Part shown: one piece after another, positions 9,654 to 17,761 of the stretch
Position numbering within the stretch: the first letter of the stretch is position 1
Layout: each line of letters begins with the position of its first letter
Source of the DNA: a virus
Taxonomy: Duplodnaviria; Caudoviricetes
Direction: 5' to 3' (one strand)
DNA length: 31,665 nucleotides
Virus record (IMG/VR): IMGVR_UViG_3300030372_002165
Coordinates: 1 to 31,665 of that record
Program-made: the position numbers and the translations under genes
Notes under the pieces: model-generated
Database searches by the model: none
Seen by the model: only the letters and a program-made list of their open reading frames with translations
What the model was told of the DNA's origin: nothing

Positions 9654-10283
9654 TTATTTTTTTATTCCCAGTATTAATTGTCTTTCAACATCTGTAACAA
9701 ATGCTTCTAACAATTCACTTGGTAGTTTTTTAAATTCTTTTCTAAATGCTTTTGAGAAAAATAAAGTTGGTTTAAGTCCCTGAGCAAATATTCTTTTTTG
9801 TAACCAAAAACCTATTGTTCTGTAATTGCCTTTTGCAAACCTACCTTTCTCATCTCTAAATCTTATGTTTTTTCTTTTTGCCCATTGCATTAATGGTTGC
9901 ATAGGTGGCATTTTTGATTTGTAAGAAAATTTATTTTTTATGCCAGTTGATCCAGTAAATATAGAATTTGTTGCTCTGCCTTTTTGCCTGCCTTTATATT
10001 TAACGCCTGCTTTTACTCTTTTGCCACCCTGTCTTTTATATTTATAGCTTGTTGCTAAACTTGGCTTTGCACCCCAAACACCTGCATCCTGGAACATGCC
10101 ATAATCCTCCATTAAAAAATCTAATAAAAAAGCATTTTGTTCTACTGTTAAATCTGTCTTTAATGAATTGTAAAGGTTGCCACCTGCTAAATCATTTTTT
10201 TTTAAATTAGTTTTTGCAGAATCAACAACAGCTTCACCAAACTTTTCTAATGCTTCTTTAACTTCTTTATATTCCATTAGCAA
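9654..10283 (-). CDS. Putative neck/tail completion protein (HK97 gp10-like)
   Basis: Basic 209-aa protein with G.LY.S, M..YG.F.D.G and G.KP..FF motifs. Confidence 0.5.
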   Translation of the reverse strand: MLMEYKEVKEALEKFGEAVVDSAKTNLKKNDLAGGNLYNSLKTDLTVEQNAFLLDFLMEDYGMFQDAGVWGAKPSLATSYKYKRQGGKRVKAGVKYKGRQKGRATNSIFTGSTGIKNKFSYKSKMPPMQPLMQWAKRKNIRFRDEKGRFAKGNYRTIGFWLQKRIFAQGLKPTLFFSKAFRKEFKKLPSELLEAFVTDVERQLILGIKK

Positions 10284-10747
10284 ATTGTTATGTCGTTATA
10301 AATTACAATATCAAGATCAGCAGTCCAACCTGCTAACTCATTTTCAAACCTATCATAGAAAGGTGTGCAGGTAGGATCGCCAACTAATTGGTATTTATCT
10401 CTGTGCAAATCTCCTTTTCTAAGTGTCATTATAAGTTTATTTAAAACAGCTAGCTGTGTGTTTAATATATCCTGCTCCTCATTGTTGCCAATAAAAATAT
10501 CTGTTGTTTCTTCTTTTCTTCTACTTACAACATCCATTGCTAAAATTGAAATACTAAATGATAAAGTGTTTTCTGAATCTGTAACGCTGTTTATTATAAT
10601 GTGACTTATTGGAAAAATATCCTGCTTTTGCAGATTAACATTGCTTAAATTACCTGTAGTAACAGTATTAACATCAACATTATCTAATAAAGCATTTTTA
10701 ATTGTTTCTGTTAATTGGTAAAAACCTCTTATGCCCTGATTGCTCAT
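10277..10747 (-). CDS. Putative tail terminator/completion protein
   Basis: 156 aa acidic protein in the tail operon. Function inferred from size and position. Confidence 0.5.
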   Translation of the reverse strand: MSNQGIRGFYQLTETIKNALLDNVDVNTVTTGNLSNVNLQKQDIFPISHIIINSVTDSENTLSFSISILAMDVVSRRKEETTDIFIGNNEEQDILNTQLAVLNKLIMTLRKGDLHRDKYQLVGDPTCTPFYDRFENELAGWTADLDIVIYNDITIC

Positions 10748-11007
10748 TTTTTATATTTCTTTTTTATTTCGTTAGCTTCTAACTCGTTTTTTTCTTTTAT
10801 GTATTCTAACATCATTAAACACTCATGGGCTTTTAGCTTAGTGATATGTTCAAATCTTCTAATATTTCCTTTAGCGAGTGTGAAAATTGCTTGATACCAT
10901 CCCCACTTAGAATTAAATCCTGCTTTTGCTGAGAATGTACTTTGCTCATCTCCCTTTTCAAATAACGATTCATAACTACTGACAAGTCCTTCCCTAAATG
11001 ATAGAAA
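10744..11007 (-). CDS. -1 frame extension of the tail assembly chaperone (GT-like segment, 87 codons)
   Basis: Open from the T10 run to a TGA that overlaps the next ATG (ATGA). Translates as FLSFREGLV...KWGWYQAIFTLAKGNIRRF...KKKYKK. Confidence 0.75.
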   Translation of the reverse strand, partial: FLSFREGLVSSYESLFEKGDEQSTFSAKAGFNSKWGWYQAIFTLAKGNIRRFEHITKLKAHECLMMLEYIKEKNELEANEIKKKYKK

Positions 11008-11486
11008 AAAAAAACAGAGGATATTACTGCATCTAAAGGCATATCTAATAACCTGTCTTTTGCATTTACATCATATTCCTGGATTGTATATCTATCACCT
11101 TTTTTGCTGTTTATAGGTCTATATAAAACATTCATTGCTGTGTGTATATTTTCCCAATCGCCTAAATAAGTGTCTAAATCAATATATTCACCAAAACTTA
11201 ACTCGTCTAAATCTGGGATAAAACCATACTCAACACCATCAAGCCTAAACTTTGTAACCAGATCAGGTTTTTGTGTAAACATTTCACCCAGTACTCCTGT
11301 GATCCTGTCTGCATCTGCAAATTTTATTTTTAAAACATTTTCATGGCTAACTTCACAAAATATTTCTATCATTTTAATTTGCAGGAATCTTTCATCTGCA
11401 TCTTCAACATTAAGTTTTACAAACTTTTGGTATTTTCTCAGCGTTATTTCTGAGAGTTTATTAGGAATATTTAATCTCGCTTTCAT
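10833..11486 (-). CDS. Putative tail assembly chaperone (frame-0 product)
   Basis: 217 aa, first gene of the tail operon, containing the slippery sequence GTT TTT TTT TTC. Confidence 0.65.
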   Translation of the reverse strand: MKARLNIPNKLSEITLRKYQKFVKLNVEDADERFLQIKMIEIFCEVSHENVLKIKFADADRITGVLGEMFTQKPDLVTKFRLDGVEYGFIPDLDELSFGEYIDLDTYLGDWENIHTAMNVLYRPINSKKGDRYTIQEYDVNAKDRLLDMPLDAVISSVFFFYHLGKDLSVVMNRYLKREMSKVHSQQKQDLILSGDGIKQFSHSLKEILEDLNISLS

Positions 11487-11498
11487 ATTATATACTTA

Positions 11499-11527
11499 TA
11501 TAACGAAAGTTAAGATAAATTTTAGTA
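11499..11527 (-). promoter_or_regulatory. Putative phage late promoter variant TACTAA-N15-TCGTTATA
   Basis: Core motif ends 12 nt upstream of the ATG at 11486, right after a terminator. Confidence 0.7.
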
Positions 11528-11568
11528 AAAAAAAAGGTGGGAAATATCCTTAGACATTTAACCCACCT
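11527..11568 (-). terminator. Rho-independent terminator
   Basis: AGGTGGG...CCCACCT stem with a 20-nt loop, plus a U9 run. Confidence 0.65.
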
Positions 11569-11583
11569 ATCCAAACCACAATC

Positions 11584-11853
11584 TTATTGCAGATGGTATT
11601 CTATATTTTCTTGAACAGCTTCTTCTGCAGCTAGTGTTATTCTGTTAGTTATTATGTGTTGAACATCTGGGTTGTGTTTGCAGTATATTTCAACACCATC
11701 CTCTGTAGTATAAGATATTAACCTAATTGCAATAATTTCCAATTTGTCTGGATCAGGAGGTTGTAACCAATCGCCACTAAAAGTTGACTTTTCATAATCA
11801 TATTCTATTTCAAAAGAATATTCATCATAAATAAATTCCATTTCATATTTCAT
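11584..11853 (-). CDS. Hypothetical acidic protein (89 aa)
   Basis: Tightly packed ORF overlapping the upstream gene. Confidence 0.7.
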   Translation of the reverse strand: MKYEMEFIYDEYSFEIEYDYEKSTFSGDWLQPPDPDKLEIIAIRLISYTTEDGVEIYCKHNPDVQHIITNRITLAAEEAVQENIEYHLQ

Positions 11854-12118
11854 GTGCCTGGTATTTTTCAGTTAATTCTTTTAATTCTAATAAGGCTTTA
11901 TTCTTTGCATACCTTTCATCAGAGTAAGCAGTTTGATAATTTAACTTATCATCTTGCAGCCTAATAACATAAAGTGTAACATTAATTAACGCTTTTGATA
12001 TTTTTTGAATTTCTTTATTATTAGGTTTCATGTCACGCCACTTTTTAATTGTGCCAGTTAATAACAGCATGTTACTGTAATATTTCAAATCCTCTAAATT
12101 TTCTATTTTATTTGCCAT
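11843..12118 (-). CDS. Hypothetical protein (91 aa)
   Basis: ORF on the coding strand, tightly packed. Confidence 0.7.
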   Translation of the reverse strand: MANKIENLEDLKYYSNMLLLTGTIKKWRDMKPNNKEIQKISKALINVTLYVIRLQDDKLNYQTAYSDERYAKNKALLELKELTEKYQAHEI

Positions 12119-12122
12119 GTGT

Positions 12123-12269
12123 TTATCTTATGTTGTATAATATAGATCTAGCTTCCATTATTTTGTTTTCAAATTCTTTTCGTTTTTCAGAATCAGAGCA
12201 ATACCATAAAGCTAACTCTAATTTTCTAATTTGATGTTTAAGGTCATCAGCCTGTGTTCTTTGTTTCAT
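12123..12269 (-). CDS. Small hypothetical protein (48 aa), not in ORF track
   Basis: MKQRTQADDLKHQIRKLELALWYCSDSEKRKEFENKIMEARSILYNIR, directly behind a host-type promoter. Confidence 0.65.
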   Translation of the reverse strand: MKQRTQADDLKHQIRKLELALWYCSDSEKRKEFENKIMEARSILYNIR

Positions 12270-12273
12270 AATA

Positions 12274-12315
12274 TGAATATAACACTTATTCAGTTATAAA
12301 CAAAATGTTTTATAA
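12274..12315 (-). promoter_or_regulatory. Bacteroidota-type promoter (TTTG-N19-TATATTCA) with overlapping inverted repeats
   Basis: Resembles the -33 TTTG / -7 TAnnTTTG consensus. A near-identical copy lies at 16868-16908. Confidence 0.65.
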
Positions 12316-12316
12316 G

Positions 12317-13480
12317 CTATTGAATAGCATATTTCCCAAAGTTAGGTCTTGACAATATAGAATAGGTTGCATACCTGCATGGGTCAATAATATGGTTATG
12401 TAAATCCTCTGCAATGTTTATGAGCTTTCCTGATTTATCTTCTTTCCATTTGTAGTTTCTAAACTCTTGAATTGCATTGTGAGATTTACTTGTAATATGA
12501 ATCTTATATCTTTTTAACAGATCAATACCTGCATTCACAGAATCCCTGCCTTTTATACTTGCATGAATATTATGTCCCATTTTACGCAATTCAGAAATTA
12601 ATCGTGGCTCTGCAGAATCAGCATAAATAGGATGGCTTGTTAAATTTTCAGATTTTAAAAATAAATGTATGTCTGTTGTGGTCATTTGCGTTCTGTATAA
12701 ATGCTCATGAATATAAAGATTGTGTTCTAAACTATAAACAGATACAAGAGTTGATGGATCATGTGTGTAGCCAAAGTCCATCCCATAAGCAATTAATTTA
12801 GCCTCATTTGGTATTTCATTAACTTCAACATATCTAAATATAGTACGCCTGGAACTTGACCTTTCACCTAAACCATAAATTTGCCAGTATTGCTCATCTG
12901 TATCTTTTAGCCTTTCAATTTCATTTTTAATACTATCTTCTAAAAAAGGGTTGTCTAAATATGTGGTTTTATAAAACTCACAATCCTCTCTTGGTATTAC
13001 TTTGTCATATATCCAATGATACTCATCACTTGGGTTAAAATCAATTATAATTTTTTCCTGTGTTCTAAAAATAAGCTGCTGCCAGTCCTCCCAATATAAT
13101 TCATTCGCTTCATTGATAAATAATAAATCTCTTTTACGACCTCTTATTTTTTGTGATTGATCCAAAGAGGTATGCTCAACCAAATTGCCAAAAAGGTTAT
13201 ATTCTGAATTTGATTTATTATGATGCTCCTCCCTGTATATATGATGCTCCCTAAGTATATGTAAAAAGTCCCTTAGTACAGTTGCCCTTAAACTGGGAAA
13301 TGTTTTTCTGCAGATAGTTATAATTTTGCCTTTGTTTTCTGTGCAGTATTTAAATATGATCCACAATAAAATATTGTAGGTTTTACCAGATCTAGTTCCA
13401 CCCTGCTCAACAATAATTTTAGAATTGCTGTTTACTAAATGCTTATAAACTAAGTTAGTTTGTATCTTCTGTTTTATCAA
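12317..13480 (-). CDS. terL: Terminase large subunit (PBSX-like)
   Basis: Walker A GGTRSGKT, Walker B LFINEANE, DFNP, and nuclease motifs GMDFG..DP, ADSAEP and NHIID..RY. Confidence 0.95.
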   Translation of the reverse strand: MIKQKIQTNLVYKHLVNSNSKIIVEQGGTRSGKTYNILLWIIFKYCTENKGKIITICRKTFPSLRATVLRDFLHILREHHIYREEHHNKSNSEYNLFGNLVEHTSLDQSQKIRGRKRDLLFINEANELYWEDWQQLIFRTQEKIIIDFNPSDEYHWIYDKVIPREDCEFYKTTYLDNPFLEDSIKNEIERLKDTDEQYWQIYGLGERSSSRRTIFRYVEVNEIPNEAKLIAYGMDFGYTHDPSTLVSVYSLEHNLYIHEHLYRTQMTTTDIHLFLKSENLTSHPIYADSAEPRLISELRKMGHNIHASIKGRDSVNAGIDLLKRYKIHITSKSHNAIQEFRNYKWKEDKSGKLINIAEDLHNHIIDPCRYATYSILSRPNFGKYAIQ

Positions 13481-13826
13481 TTATCTCAATTTGAAAGTTT
13501 GTTGGCATTCCATCTGCACCTGTGATTTCCTGTCTTTCAATATAGCCTCGTTTTTTCCCTTTCGTCTTTAGATAAAATATTGTTGCAGGAGTTGAGTTGT
13601 CTGATATTTGTTTATGCAATTGACTTTCAGCAAAATCAAGTGCAATGTTTTCAATTTCTTTTACAGCTAGTGCAAAATCCTCATCCTCATTTAACCATTT
13701 ATAATATGTGCTTCTTGGCACATCTGAGTTTTTACAGGCAACTGTTACAATGCCTAAACTTTTCTCTAATGCTTTTAACATTGACTCTTTTTTTATGTGT
13801 CTACTTTTGTCCATATTTTTTACCAT
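13455..13826 (-). CDS. Putative terminase small subunit (HTH); start may be the second Met (MDKSRH)
   Basis: ACK..DVPRSTYYKW HTH and IFYLKTKGKKRGY motif. Immediately upstream of terL. Confidence 0.7.
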   Translation of the reverse strand: MVKNMDKSRHIKKESMLKALEKSLGIVTVACKNSDVPRSTYYKWLNEDEDFALAVKEIENIALDFAESQLHKQISDNSTPATIFYLKTKGKKRGYIERQEITGADGMPTNFQIEIIDKTEDTN

Positions 13827-14928
13827 TTATTTTAATTTCTATCTGTGGATCTATCTGTTTCATTCTGTCAATAATAACCTGGCAATATTGTGGATCAAGT
13901 TCCATTCCATAACAAACTTTATTTAATTGGTGGCATGCAACCATTGTTGATCCAGAGCCTAAAAATAAATCAACTATATTTTTTGAAGTTTTATGATTTT
14001 GTAAAGCTCGTGCAGCTAGCTGTACTGGTTTTTGTGTTGGGTGCATATATTTTATGTCTTTTTTAATTTCCCACAAATCACTTTCATTATTTATTCCCTC
14101 ATCTAATTTGCCATTAAATAAACAAAACTCGTGTTGATGCCTGTAACCTTTGCCCATGCCAAAATGATTTTTTGCCCAAACAATACACGCTTTAAAATCT
14201 AATTTAGTTTGCAATAAAGAATAAAATTTCCAATTACACCACACATAATAGCTTTGAGGTTTTAAGATTTTTAATATAGAAACAAAACCATTTATTAAAT
14301 TTTCAAAATCATTTTCAGATATATTATCATTTTCAATAACATCAAATTTTTTACTTCTACCATTAAAAGCAACATTGTAGGGTGGATCTGTAAACACCAA
14401 ATCTGCTTTATTTTTATTCATTAATTTTTCAACTAGATCTAGATCTGTGCTGTCGCCACACAACATTCTGTGTTGACCTATTTCTATAAGATCGCCTAAA
14501 ACTACATTTGTTTTATTATCCAGGCATTCTTCAAAGCTGTCCTCATCAATTTCTTTTTTTTCAAACAAAGCTAGCTGCACCCCCCAATTATCTAATTGCT
14601 GCACATCCCAATCGTTTGCAAGTATTTCCCAATCCCACTCACCAAATCCAACATTATCTTTTATTATAAATTCCTTTTTCTGATCCTCATTTAAATCTTT
14701 AGCCTGGATTATATATATTTCTTTTAACCCTGCCTCAATACAGGCTTTATATCGCATATTGCCACCCAGAATAATATTGTTTTCATCAACAACAATTGGT
14801 CTAATTTTAAGCATTTCTGGAAATTCTTTTATTGACCTTACTAATTTTTTAAATTTATGGTCTTTTATTAATCTTGGATTATCTGGATTTGTTTTGACCT
14901 CATGAACTTTAACTTTTGCAGTTTTCAT
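13801..14928 (-). CDS. ParB/Srx-like N-domain fused to an N6/N4 DNA methyltransferase (beta-class motif order)
   Basis: N-terminal NPDNPR..RPIVVD..GGNMR. C-terminal HRMLCGDS, TDPPY, HPTQKP and DLFLGSGST. Confidence 0.9.
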   Translation of the reverse strand: MKTAKVKVHEVKTNPDNPRLIKDHKFKKLVRSIKEFPEMLKIRPIVVDENNIILGGNMRYKACIEAGLKEIYIIQAKDLNEDQKKEFIIKDNVGFGEWDWEILANDWDVQQLDNWGVQLALFEKKEIDEDSFEECLDNKTNVVLGDLIEIGQHRMLCGDSTDLDLVEKLMNKNKADLVFTDPPYNVAFNGRSKKFDVIENDNISENDFENLINGFVSILKILKPQSYYVWCNWKFYSLLQTKLDFKACIVWAKNHFGMGKGYRHQHEFCLFNGKLDEGINNESDLWEIKKDIKYMHPTQKPVQLAARALQNHKTSKNIVDLFLGSGSTMVACHQLNKVCYGMELDPQYCQVIIDRMKQIDPQIEIKINGKKYGQK

Positions 14929-14929
14929 A

Positions 14930-15346
14930 TTAGTATAACGATTTTTTACACTTTTTTAATTTGCTTTCTAATAATTTACATTTATTTTCTAAATAATGAA
15001 CTCTGTCTATTTGATCCATATTTAATTTACTTCTAAATGTAAAAAGTTTTTCAATCTCATCTAATCTTTGATTTGTTTTTTTATACATTTTATAATTCTT
15101 AACAGCGTGCATGCAGGTTGCATGTGTCATGGTTTTATTATTATCAGAAAAAAACTTTGCAATAAGAGTCCACCTCATGTTTAGCTTTTCCCTTAACAAA
15201 TAACAAAGTAAAGACCTAAATTCAATTTGATTTTTTCTTCTGTTATTTTCAAATATATCAACACCAGATAATTTTATTATTTTTTTTGCTATCTGAATTG
15301 GTTTTAAATTTTCACTCATGTTCTTAATTTTAAAAGGTTGTAACAT
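14930..15346 (-). CDS. DnaA domain IV-like HTH protein; likely start 15319 (MSENLK)
   Basis: R..R...CYL.RE...IAKFF...THATCMHAVK resembles the DnaA C-terminal DHTTVxHA signature. Confidence 0.6.
   Translation of the reverse strand: MLQPFKIKNMSENLKPIQIAKKIIKLSGVDIFENNRRKNQIEFRSLLCYLLREKLNMRWTLIAKFFSDNNKTMTHATCMHAVKNYKMYKKTNQRLDEIEKLFTFRSKLNMDQIDRVHYLENKCKLLESKLKKCKKSLY
14934..14941 (-). promoter_or_regulatory. TCGTTATA promoter core upstream of the ParB-MTase/terminase operon
   Basis: ATCGTTATACTAATAT is shared with the 3288 copy and the core ends 5 nt from the ATG. No clear TACAAA element. Confidence 0.6.
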
Positions 15347-16092
15347 TCTATATATTTAAGTTTTGCTTTGCCTTTGTATTGCTGTATAAATAACTCATAC
15401 ATTTTTTTTGTATATTGATATTTAGTTATGCAATTAATTAAATATTTTTCTGCAAACTTTTTTCCCTTACCTTTAAAGAAATTTACATTATCAGCAGAAT
15501 CGCCAATTATCATTTGTTCATAAAAATTATATAAAGCTTCTGATTCGCTAACATTTAATATTACTTTGTGCTTATGATGATAGTTATAAATTAAAGCAGG
15601 GAATTGTTTATAATCTTTATCAATACTTACAATCATAACTTGATCTCTGCCAAAATCTTCGCTTAATTTTTTCCAGTATTTTGCAACCAGGTCATCTGTT
15701 TCCATTCCATAACAAAATTTGCTTTGGTATTTTTCTTTTACATAATCGTGCATTGGGTGTAATAAAGGAGGCAGGATTTGTTTTTTTCTGTTTGCCTTAT
15801 ATGTTGGTGTTATTTGTTTTCTAAAATTTCCTTTAGATCCATTAAATGTAATTACTGCTTCTATTGCATATAACTCTTCCAGATCATTAATTATTTTCAT
15901 AAACTGCTCATCAAATTTATTAATTGAATCTTTTATGTCTGTATAAAAGTTGTCTGGATAAAGCTCATAGTTTACATCATTTTTTGCCCTGTAACAGCTA
16001 GCAAATATTAAGCTGTCTGCATCTACTAATAAAATCATTTTTTTGTAATTAAAATTATTATTGTGGTTATTATTAATCCTATTATAGACCAA
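15316..16092 (-). CDS. 5'-3' exonuclease (T7 gp6/FEN-like); likely start 16038 (MILLVDADS)
   Basis: DADSL, NFRK..TPTYKANR, ETDD, SIDKD and GDSADN acidic motifs. Confidence 0.85.
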   Translation of the reverse strand: MVYNRINNNHNNNFNYKKMILLVDADSLIFASCYRAKNDVNYELYPDNFYTDIKDSINKFDEQFMKIINDLEELYAIEAVITFNGSKGNFRKQITPTYKANRKKQILPPLLHPMHDYVKEKYQSKFCYGMETDDLVAKYWKKLSEDFGRDQVMIVSIDKDYKQFPALIYNYHHKHKVILNVSESEALYNFYEQMIIGDSADNVNFFKGKGKKFAEKYLINCITKYQYTKKMYELFIQQYKGKAKLKYIECYNLLKLRT

Positions 16093-16277
16093 CCTAACAT
16101 TTTATTATTTGTCTCTCTTTGTTTTGGTGGTCTGCCCTGAGCACTTCTATATTGTCTATGTTTTTTTATTTTCAAATCTTTTAATTTACTTTCTTTTTTT
16201 TCAAATCCAATTTCATAAAAATAATTTTCATTCAGGTATTTGAGGTACTTCTGTTTTTTCATAAACTGTGTATCCAT
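16035..16277 (-). CDS. Small basic protein with a C-terminal transmembrane helix; start uncertain
   Basis: C-terminus LGWSIIGLIITTIIILIT. TGA overlaps the exonuclease ATG. Confidence 0.55.
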   Translation of the reverse strand: MDTQFMKKQKYLKYLNENYFYEIGFEKKESKLKDLKIKKHRQYRSAQGRPPKQRETNNKMLGWSIIGLIITTIIILITKK

Positions 16278-16374
16278 GTTCTTGTAAAAGTTTTATTGCT
16301 GCTTCTATCTTTTTTTTATTTATTCTATAATGATCAAATATTTGATTTTCAAAAGGGTGGTGTTCATGTTTCAT
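16228..16374 (-). CDS. Small hypothetical protein (48 aa), not in ORF track
   Basis: MKHEHHPFENQIFDHYRINKKKIEAAIKLLQEHGYTVYEKTEVPQIPE. ATGA overlap with the upstream stop. Confidence 0.65.
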   Translation of the reverse strand: MKHEHHPFENQIFDHYRINKKKIEAAIKLLQEHGYTVYEKTEVPQIPE

Positions 16375-16862
16375 AATTTTCTGGGGATTCTAATTCGTTT
16401 AATATCAAAACTATCTATAAGAGTTAGCACATCTTTACTGCCAGGTCTATTATATAATTTGTAAAGTGGAAAACTTTTAACATAAACTTTTTGCACTTTA
16501 TCTTTTAGCAACTGCACTAGATCCTCTCGCCAAACAAATAGCCATTGTGTTTTTTGTTTGAATGCTATATAATGTGCTTTGCCAAATGCCCAACCATTAA
16601 AGCCATAAGGATTTTTAATTTCAACCCATAAATATCTGTCATTTTTAGGCTGACCTCTTTTTAAACTTTTTCTGTCTTTTATATCTGCAGTAATATGTGT
16701 TTCAACAGCCTGTGTAGTGAATGAAATTTTGCCATCTACATGGTCATATTTGTTTTCGTTTAGGCTAGCTGAATCAAAACCTAAATCTTTAAGGTCTTGT
16801 TTTTCAATAGGGTTATACCTTTTTATTAACTCCTCTGATAATTTTCTGTTATATTCATTCAT
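16371..16862 (-). CDS. Hypothetical protein, possible PD-(D/E)xK nuclease
   Basis: HVD...DIK pattern and WVEIKN..G..GW..GKA.YIAF motif. The nuclease call is an inference. Confidence 0.5.
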   Translation of the reverse strand: MNEYNRKLSEELIKRYNPIEKQDLKDLGFDSASLNENKYDHVDGKISFTTQAVETHITADIKDRKSLKRGQPKNDRYLWVEIKNPYGFNGWAFGKAHYIAFKQKTQWLFVWREDLVQLLKDKVQKVYVKSFPLYKLYNRPGSKDVLTLIDSFDIKRIRIPRKL

Positions 16863-16867
16863 GTTTA

Positions 16868-16908
16868 TAAATATAACACTTTTTAAGTTATAAACAAAGT
16901 GTTTATAA
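16868..16908 (-). promoter_or_regulatory. Bacteroidota-type promoter (TTTG-N19-TATATTTA) with overlapping inverted repeats
   Basis: Second copy of the 12274 element. Contains a perfect TTATAAACA-AAG-TGTTTATAA inverted repeat. Confidence 0.65.
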
Positions 16909-17112
16909 TCCCTGTTTATATATTTCGTTTAGATCATTTATCCACCTTTTGATCTCTCGTGGGTTGCAGGTGCAGGGTTTATAAAACGAATGTTTTTTAT
17001 ATTGTGCGTGCAGGTTGCATACCAGGTCAAACTCTCTACCTGATATGGTGGACTTTGGATTGTTTCTAAAGGTTTCCCATTTTTCATAATCTTGTTTATT
17101 AAATTTTACCAT
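16903..17112 (-). CDS. Hypothetical protein (69 aa, PCTC motif)
   Basis: Coupled ORF with Cys/His residues. Confidence 0.7.
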   Translation of the reverse strand: MVKFNKQDYEKWETFRNNPKSTISGREFDLVCNLHAQYKKHSFYKPCTCNPREIKRWINDLNEIYKQGL

Positions 17113-17321
17113 CTTTTAATTTTAATATTATTTAGTTTTTTTTGCCTTTGGTCACAGTTGCAGCTTTCATAGCCTAATTTTTTTGCGATCCAATTAGCAA
17201 TTCTTTTGCCCTGACCAAAAGTTATTATTTTAATTATAAAAGCAATTGTGTCACCTATTTTAATTTTGTAATAATCGTTTTCCATTATTTTATTTTTTTT
17301 TCTATTATAGCAATTGTGCAA
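17106..17321 (-). CDS. Hypothetical protein (CNC motif); likely start 17285 (MENDYY)
   Basis: KIGD...IT.G.G...CNCDQRQKKLN. The ATG at 17285 overlaps the upstream TAA. Confidence 0.7.
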   Translation of the reverse strand: MHNCYNRKKNKIMENDYYKIKIGDTIAFIIKIITFGQGKRIANWIAKKLGYESCNCDQRQKKLNNIKIKRW

Positions 17322-17761
17322 TGTTGTGAGCCACTATGCCCAAACACACAAAGTTCTTCCAAATCATAACCTCTTTTTTTTCCTAAAAATGTTGAATGAT
17401 ATCCGAAGCTAATAACCCTGTCAGATATTTTTGCACATTCATCAGCTATAAGTTTAAATTTAGAAGTGTAATTTCCTTTATAAAACTCCATTGATTTCCT
17501 TATTGAATATGGAGGATCTAATATAATTGTGTCATATCTATCTTTGCAGTTTTTAACAAATTCATAAACATCCATATACACATCTGCTACTGCACCCTCT
17601 TTATCAATGTCAACCCTATATTCATTAATCTTTAATATTGTTTTGCCAGAAAATAAATTAAGTATTTTACCTTTGCTAGATCTAGATTCCACCCACTCTT
17701 TTATTTTTTTAACCTCAAAAGTGTAAGGTCTTAAATTAGTTTTTATAAAGGTTTGTTTCAT
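17285..17761 (-). CDS. Minimal amino-methyltransferase-like protein (158 aa)
   Basis: SAM-binding-like ILNLFSGKT followed by the catalytic IILDPPY. Confidence 0.7.
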   Translation of the reverse strand: MKQTFIKTNLRPYTFEVKKIKEWVESRSSKGKILNLFSGKTILKINEYRVDIDKEGAVADVYMDVYEFVKNCKDRYDTIILDPPYSIRKSMEFYKGNYTSKFKLIADECAKISDRVISFGYHSTFLGKKRGYDLEELCVFGHSGSQHCTIAIIEKKIK

